Part shown: positions 38,924 to 42,634 of the stretch, piece by piece
Numbering within the stretch: position 1 is the stretch's first letter
Layout of the letters: the number at the start of each line of letters is the position of its first letter
NCBI GenBank assembly: GCA_964544985.1
Contig: CAZJEE010000006.1
Coordinates: 1 to 42,634 of the forward strand
Source of the DNA: an uncultured Candidatus Saccharibacteria bacterium
Lineage (GTDB): Bacteria > Patescibacteriota > Minisyncoccia > Minisyncoccales > PWPS01
Direction: 5' to 3'
DNA length: 42,634 bases
The notes under the pieces: model-generated
Databases searched by the model: none
Seen by the model: the letters and a program-made list of their open reading frames with translations, nothing else
What the model was told of the DNA's origin: nothing
Made by a program: the position numbers and the translations under genes

Positions 38924-40355
38924 ACGGAAATGATAATGTCATAGTAGAGGGAAATAGAAATGTCATAGTAATAGATAAATAATAAATTAAAATGTTAATG
39001 TCAATTATTAGTAAATAATTAACACTAGCATATGAAATATCTAACTATGACTAAAAAAGAAGTTAATCGACATGCCATTATCAAAAAACTAATCAATAAA
39101 GAAATCAATGGAACTCATGCTTCAGAACTTCTTAATCTATCAATTCGTCAGATTAAAAGATTAAAGATAAAAGTAAATGGAAATGGTCCAGAAGCATTGA
39201 CTCATGGTAATAGAGGAAAGCCTGGTAATCGTAGGATACCAAACAAGGGAAGAGAAAAGATAATAGAATTACTCCATAAACATTATCCAGACTTTAAACC
39301 AGGCTTTGCTTCAGAGAAACTAGATGAGATACACAATATCCAAAGAGATCCCAAGACCATCAGACAGATTATGATTAACGAAGAACTATGGAAACCTAAG
39401 ATTAAGAAAAAGAAAGAATATCATTCCTGGCGTCAAAGAAAGGCTTGTTATGGAGAAATGCAACAGTTTGATGGCTCATATGAACACTGGTTTTTGAAGA
39501 TAGAGGCCCCTATTGTTGCCTCTTAGCTTCGATAGACGATGCTACTAGCATTCCTACTAAAGCTAAGTTTGTTTCTGATGAAGGAGTATTTCCAGTCTTT
39601 GACTTCTGGAAAGAGTATTTAGAAGAATATGGTAAACCATATTCAATATATGTGGATAAATTCAGTACCTACAAGATGTCTCAAAAAGTAGTTTTAGCAA
39701 ATCACGATACCCTAACCCAATTCCAAAGAGCTATGAAAGAATTAAACATAGAACCCATAAGTGCTCATAGTGCTCAAGCTGAAGGAAGAATAGAGAGACT
39801 ATTCAATACCCTTCAAGATAGATTGATCAAAGAGATGCGTTTAGCTAACATTTCAACCATAGAACAGGGCAATAGATTCTTAAAAGAAGTCTTCTTACCT
39901 CAATACCGAGCCAAGTATAGTGTTGAACCAAGAAGTAAAGCTAATCTCCATAGAGCTTTGAATCAAAAAGAGAGAATTGAATTAGATTCAATCTTTTCCA
40001 GACAATATGTTCGTGTTATCAAGAATGACTTTACTATTAGTTTTAACAAACAATGGTATCAACTCTTAAAGAATCAACCAGTCACTATTTGCAAAAAAGA
40101 CACCATCATTGTTGAAGAACATTTAGATAATACTATTCAATTTAGGATCAGAGGAAAACATCTCAATCATCAGATTATCCCTAAAAGACCCAAGAAGATA
40201 AAAGATATTCCTTGGATTATTCCAGCTAAAAGATCTGTATATATTCCTCCGGTTGACCATCCATGGAGAAGAAGCTTTAATCCTTCCTTAAAAGTTTAAA
40301 AGGTTCAGGTATGACATTTCTAAATCCTTAGAAGTATGACATTTCTATTTCCCGT
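38924..40355 (+). mobile_element. IS element (ISNCY-like DDE transposase) with doubled terminal repeats
   Basis: A perfect 19-bp inverted repeat, gggaaatagaaatgtcata at 38949-38967 versus tatgacatttctatttccc at 40335-40353. A second, imperfect copy lies at each end (38924-38943 and 40309-40328). These repeats enclose the transposase reading frames. No target-site duplication is evident. Confidence 0.65.
39032..40299 (+). pseudogene. ISNCY-like transposase interrupted by a frameshift in a T5 run
   Basis: Frame 1 (39032-39526) encodes the HTH and the region up to QQFDGSYEHWF. Frame 2 opens at 39484 and continues (F)EDRGPYCCLLASIDDATS...IYVDKFSTYK...SAQAEGRIERLF to 40299, so the DDE residues are split across frames. 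The switch is at tggtttttgaag (39488-39499). Confidence 0.7.
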
Positions 40356-40376
40356 TGACAAAGCGGGCTGTTGATG

Positions 40377-40405
40377 TTGACAAATTTTATTTTTTATTTT
40401 ACAAT
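40377..40405 (+). promoter_or_regulatory. Candidate promoter TTGACA-N17-TACAAT for the lipoprotein gene
   Basis: A perfect -35 at 40377-40382, a 17-nt spacer, and TACAAT at 40400-40405, about 85 nt upstream of the ATG at 40492. Confidence 0.45.
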
Positions 40406-40491
40406 AGAGAAACATGATCCTTTTGCTCTTTAATAATTCTCCACGCTTTTTTACAGCGTGTTTAATATAATAATATAGGAGGTAGATTATA

Positions 40492-40995
40492 ATGAAGATA
40501 ATGGTATTTTCTTTGTTTCTTTTATTGCTCTTCTCTTCCTTTGGGTGTTCTTCAACAAAAGAAGAAAACGTCAACTTTTTTGAGGAAGATGTTTTTGCAG
40601 AAGAAGAGATTGCAGAGGAAAACAAAATTCCCGATTGGGATCCTCTTTTTGATCTTCTTCAAAAAGAAGAGGGTTTTGTTTTAAGCTACTTTGATGAAAC
40701 CCCCCTATCCATGGACTCCTCTCTTGTCTATTTTCAACAAAATATCATCATAGATTTTGTTGAAGAAAAGGTGGACTCTATTCGCCTTTTTGAAGGAAAC
40801 AAAATCCTTGGTTTCCAAATTGAAGAAAATTTTGTTGAGAAAGATATAATTTTTTATTTTGGAAAACCAAGCAAAAAAAGTATAGAGAACGAGAGGGTCT
40901 ACTTAATGTATCTCTTTCCTAAAAAAATAAAAATTTTGTTTTGGGAGGAGAAAGATGGGGGTAACCCCATGGCTGAAATAATGATGGATCATTAA
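40492..40995 (+). CDS. Probable secreted protein or lipoprotein (167 aa)
   Basis: Strong RBS (aggaggtagattataATG). Signal peptide MKIMVFSLFLLLLFSSFGC with Cys19 followed by an acidic stretch. The lipobox is non-ideal (SFGC). Confidence 0.6.
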   Translation: MKIMVFSLFLLLLFSSFGCSSTKEENVNFFEEDVFAEEEIAEENKIPDWDPLFDLLQKEEGFVLSYFDETPLSMDSSLVYFQQNIIIDFVEEKVDSIRLFEGNKILGFQIEENFVEKDIIFYFGKPSKKSIENERVYLMYLFPKKIKILFWEEKDGGNPMAEIMMDH

Positions 40996-41000
40996 AACAA

Positions 41001-41033
41001 AGGGGCACTACATTAACAGTAGTGCCCCTTTTT
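41001..41033 (+). terminator. Intrinsic terminator after the lipoprotein gene
   Basis: An 11-bp perfect stem, aggggcactac (41001-41011) with gtagtgcccct (41019-41029), a 7-nt loop, then TTTT. Confidence 0.8.
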
Positions 41034-42402
41034 ACGTGTCAAATCATTTAATATAGACACCGAAACTATCTTGTATGCATCACAGAAAATGACACCATAG
41101 AAGGAATTAATCTTTTTATACTAGGATCAACTTTTTTATAATTTTTCTCTAAATACACTGCATGAAGTTTCTTAATCTTTCTATCAATTTCTCTTTTTAA
41201 CTCGGCAGGATTTAAAAACTCATAAACTTTTGTTAATTCATCTTTTGTCTCTTGGTTTACTTGATTAGATTCCATGATTCTTCGGTAGGGAGTTTTTGCT
41301 TTATCGTATTTACGATGTATTCTCCCCTTAATTCTCTCTTTCTTTATTAGCTTCACAAAAGGTTGAAAAAAGTTTTTAAATAATCTTAATTCATTTCTAT
41401 ACAAATCATTCATAATATCAACTTCTTCTTGTGTGTCGTATCTTAGGTATCCAAACGGCTTTCTTACATGTGTTGAATTCTTTTGTTCAACAAAACAATT
41501 ATCGTTCTTCTTGTAAGGACGAGATCTTGAATATTCAAGATTTTCTTTTTGTGTATATTCGTACATATACCAATTCAAAAGATTGCTTCCGTTATCAGGA
41601 TGTATCTCTATCCAAATAATAGGAAACCTTTTTCTTGAATTATCCATACCTATTAATGTCCTTTCTTGTCCCTTACCTAAAAAAGCTTCACCTTCCCACC
41701 ATCCAAACAAGATATCAACTGTAGTAAGACTATTTGCATACTCTCCGCTTGCTGATGCCCCACAGTGCTCGACACAATCTAGTTGTATGTTTCCTGCGAT
41801 ATTTCTATCCAGATCAATACTTGTCTTTATTGGTACTTGATTTAATAATACGAAATCGCTTTTCTTTGTTGAATATTTGAAGTTTAACTTCAAGACTTCT
41901 TTTTCATGTTTAAGTTTTCTATCTATCGTAGCTGAGCTCATCCTTTTTAATTTCATTAAAACAGCTTCACTACATTCAATTTCTTTGAGTTCAATCAATC
42001 TATTTATTTCATCATTAATCAAGGGTTCTAATCTTTGTCCACATGGTCTATCAAATATATTCCAAACATCTACTAGAACTGGCTTAACTCTATTGTCATA
42101 ATATTGTTTTCTTTTCTTTCTTGTTTCTTTTAATTTTACCTTGTATCTAAACTTCTTGATTGTATATTTTCTATCTTGTCCAGTGTTTTTACAATACTCA
42201 TCAAGTATTTTACTTTTTATCTCCTCTTAAATATCTTTCTCTTAATGTTTCCATATATTGTTTTTTTGCTTCTATATCCATAATGATAATTTGCTTTATA
42301 CTCAGACTAATAATGTCTGCAAATTACCATATTTTCGGTGTCTTTTTAAATGATTTAAGCGATGTCTCCATGGTGTCATTTTAGATGATTTGATGCGTAA
42401 AA
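41030..42402 (-). mobile_element. Second IS element (rve-type DDE transposase) with imperfect, doubled terminal inverted repeats
   Basis: The left end ttttacgtgtcaaatcatttaatatagacacc (41030-41061) matches the reverse complement of the right end ggtgtcattttagatgatttgatgcgtaaaa (42372-42402) with about 5 differences. A second copy lies at 42333-42356. aaaatgacaccat at 41087-41099 mirrors 42370-42382. Confidence 0.6.
41066..42281 (-). pseudogene. DDE (integrase-core type) transposase interrupted by a +1 frameshift near its N-terminus
   Basis: The main frame (41066-42226) carries DCVEHCG, HPDNGSNLLN and SRSRPYKKNDNCFVEQKN. The ATG at 42281 opens a 23-codon frame (MDIEAKKQYMETLRERYLRGDKK-stop at 42210). 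This joins the main frame (SKILDEYCKNTGQDRKY...) only if one base near 42212 is skipped. Confidence 0.65.
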
Positions 42403-42403
42403 A

Positions 42404-42433
42404 TTGACGAATTAACTAGTTTTATGTTATAAT
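42404..42433 (+). promoter_or_regulatory. Candidate promoter TTGACG-N18-TATAAT (with TG at the extended -10 position)
   Basis: TTGACG at 42404-42409 and TGtTATAAT ending at 42433, about 90 nt upstream of the ATG at 42522. Its position is equivalent to the promoter of the paralogous gene at 40492. Confidence 0.4.
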
Positions 42434-42521
42434 GAAAACCATATAAAAAGGATCCGTTCTTTAACACGATGCTCCACGCTTTTAGGCGTGTTCATATACA
42501 AAAAAAAGGAGGGTAAAAAAA

Positions 42522-42634
42522 ATGAAAATTCTTTTGGCTTCTTTACTTGTTTTGCTCTTTTTGCTTACCGGATGCCAAACAGAAATAAACGAGGAGATAG
42601 TTGAACTCCCAGAGGAAGCAGAAATAAACGAGGA
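42522..42634 (+). CDS. Lipoprotein, 5' partial at the window edge
   Basis: RBS aaggagggtaaaaaaaATG. MKILLASLLVLLFLLTGC has a good lipobox (LTGC) followed by an acidic stretch, like ORF 40492. The window end truncates it. Confidence 0.6.
   Translation, partial: MKILLASLLVLLFLLTGCQTEINEEIVELPEEAEINE

Noticed and set aside
39484-39526. Programmed -1 ribosomal frameshift in the first transposase
   Set aside because: The overlap contains only G-GTT-TTT-G, not a canonical slippery heptamer of the A-AAA-AAG type, and no obvious downstream stimulatory structure. A homopolymer indel or pseudogenisation is more parsimonious.
42205-42230. Programmed frameshift at AAAAAG in the second transposase
   Set aside because: A -1 slip on this site leads into a frame that terminates quickly. 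Only a +1 shift restores the transposase, and the context does not match known +1 recoding sites.
1-42634. Alternative genetic code (UGA recoding, as in some CPR lineages)
   Set aside because: Long conserved genes (pnp, tyrS, cca, virB4) are uninterrupted under the standard code. TGA serves as the stop of rsmA (21472-21474) and of the methyltransferase (4313-4315).
1-42634. CRISPR arrays, rRNA genes, integrase or relaxase genes
   Set aside because: I saw no regularly spaced direct repeats with unique spacers, no rRNA-like conserved stretches, and no tyrosine/serine recombinase or relaxase motifs in any ORF. Their absence is limited to what can be recognised by eye.

Overview
This is an AT-rich, tightly packed bacterial window using the standard genetic code (TGA, TAA and TAG all act as stops). 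Three things suggest a Patescibacteria/CPR-type genome, which is an inference: tRNA genes lack an encoded CCA and sit next to a cca gene; the type IV secretion (T4SS) parts are the minimal Gram-positive kind; and there is a small LVPCG-type pilin. I saw no rRNA genes and no CRISPR arrays. All family calls come from motif recognition by eye, because no searches could be run.

- 0.1-9.9 kb: a znuABC-like zinc ABC transporter, tyrS behind a structured leader with an intrinsic terminator, a small ORF, a membrane-anchored SAM methyltransferase and cca. These are followed by tRNA-Arg(UCG), a stand-alone VirB2/TrbC-like pilin, tRNA-Lys(CUU) and rpsO-NYN-pnp.
- 10.0-19.5 kb: an unusual five-gene plus-strand block. 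It holds two tandem giant Glu/Lys-rich coiled-coil paralogs (1493 and 993 aa) studded with a W-x13-W motif, two membrane proteins with a shared duplicated N-terminal motif, and a TraR/DksA zinc-finger protein.
- 19.5-22.1 kb: a LysM-M23 peptidase, rsmA and a bitopic membrane protein.
- 22.2-38.8 kb: a roughly 17-kb co-directional T4SS-like operon. It contains a PrgI/VirB3-like protein, a VirB4 split into two ORFs, and two VirB6-like polytopic proteins, each followed by a small protein ending in YREPI. Four proteins carry a VirB2-like pilin hairpin fused to C-terminal extensions of about 150 to about 1250 aa. Two of these are giant paralogs with swapped hydrolase cassettes (M23 versus a C39-like Cys peptidase), and one has a poly-Cys/poly-Glu region. 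No coupling ATPase or relaxase is visible.
- 38.9-42.6 kb: two IS elements with frameshifted DDE transposases, interleaved with two paralogous lipoprotein genes that share a conserved leader.
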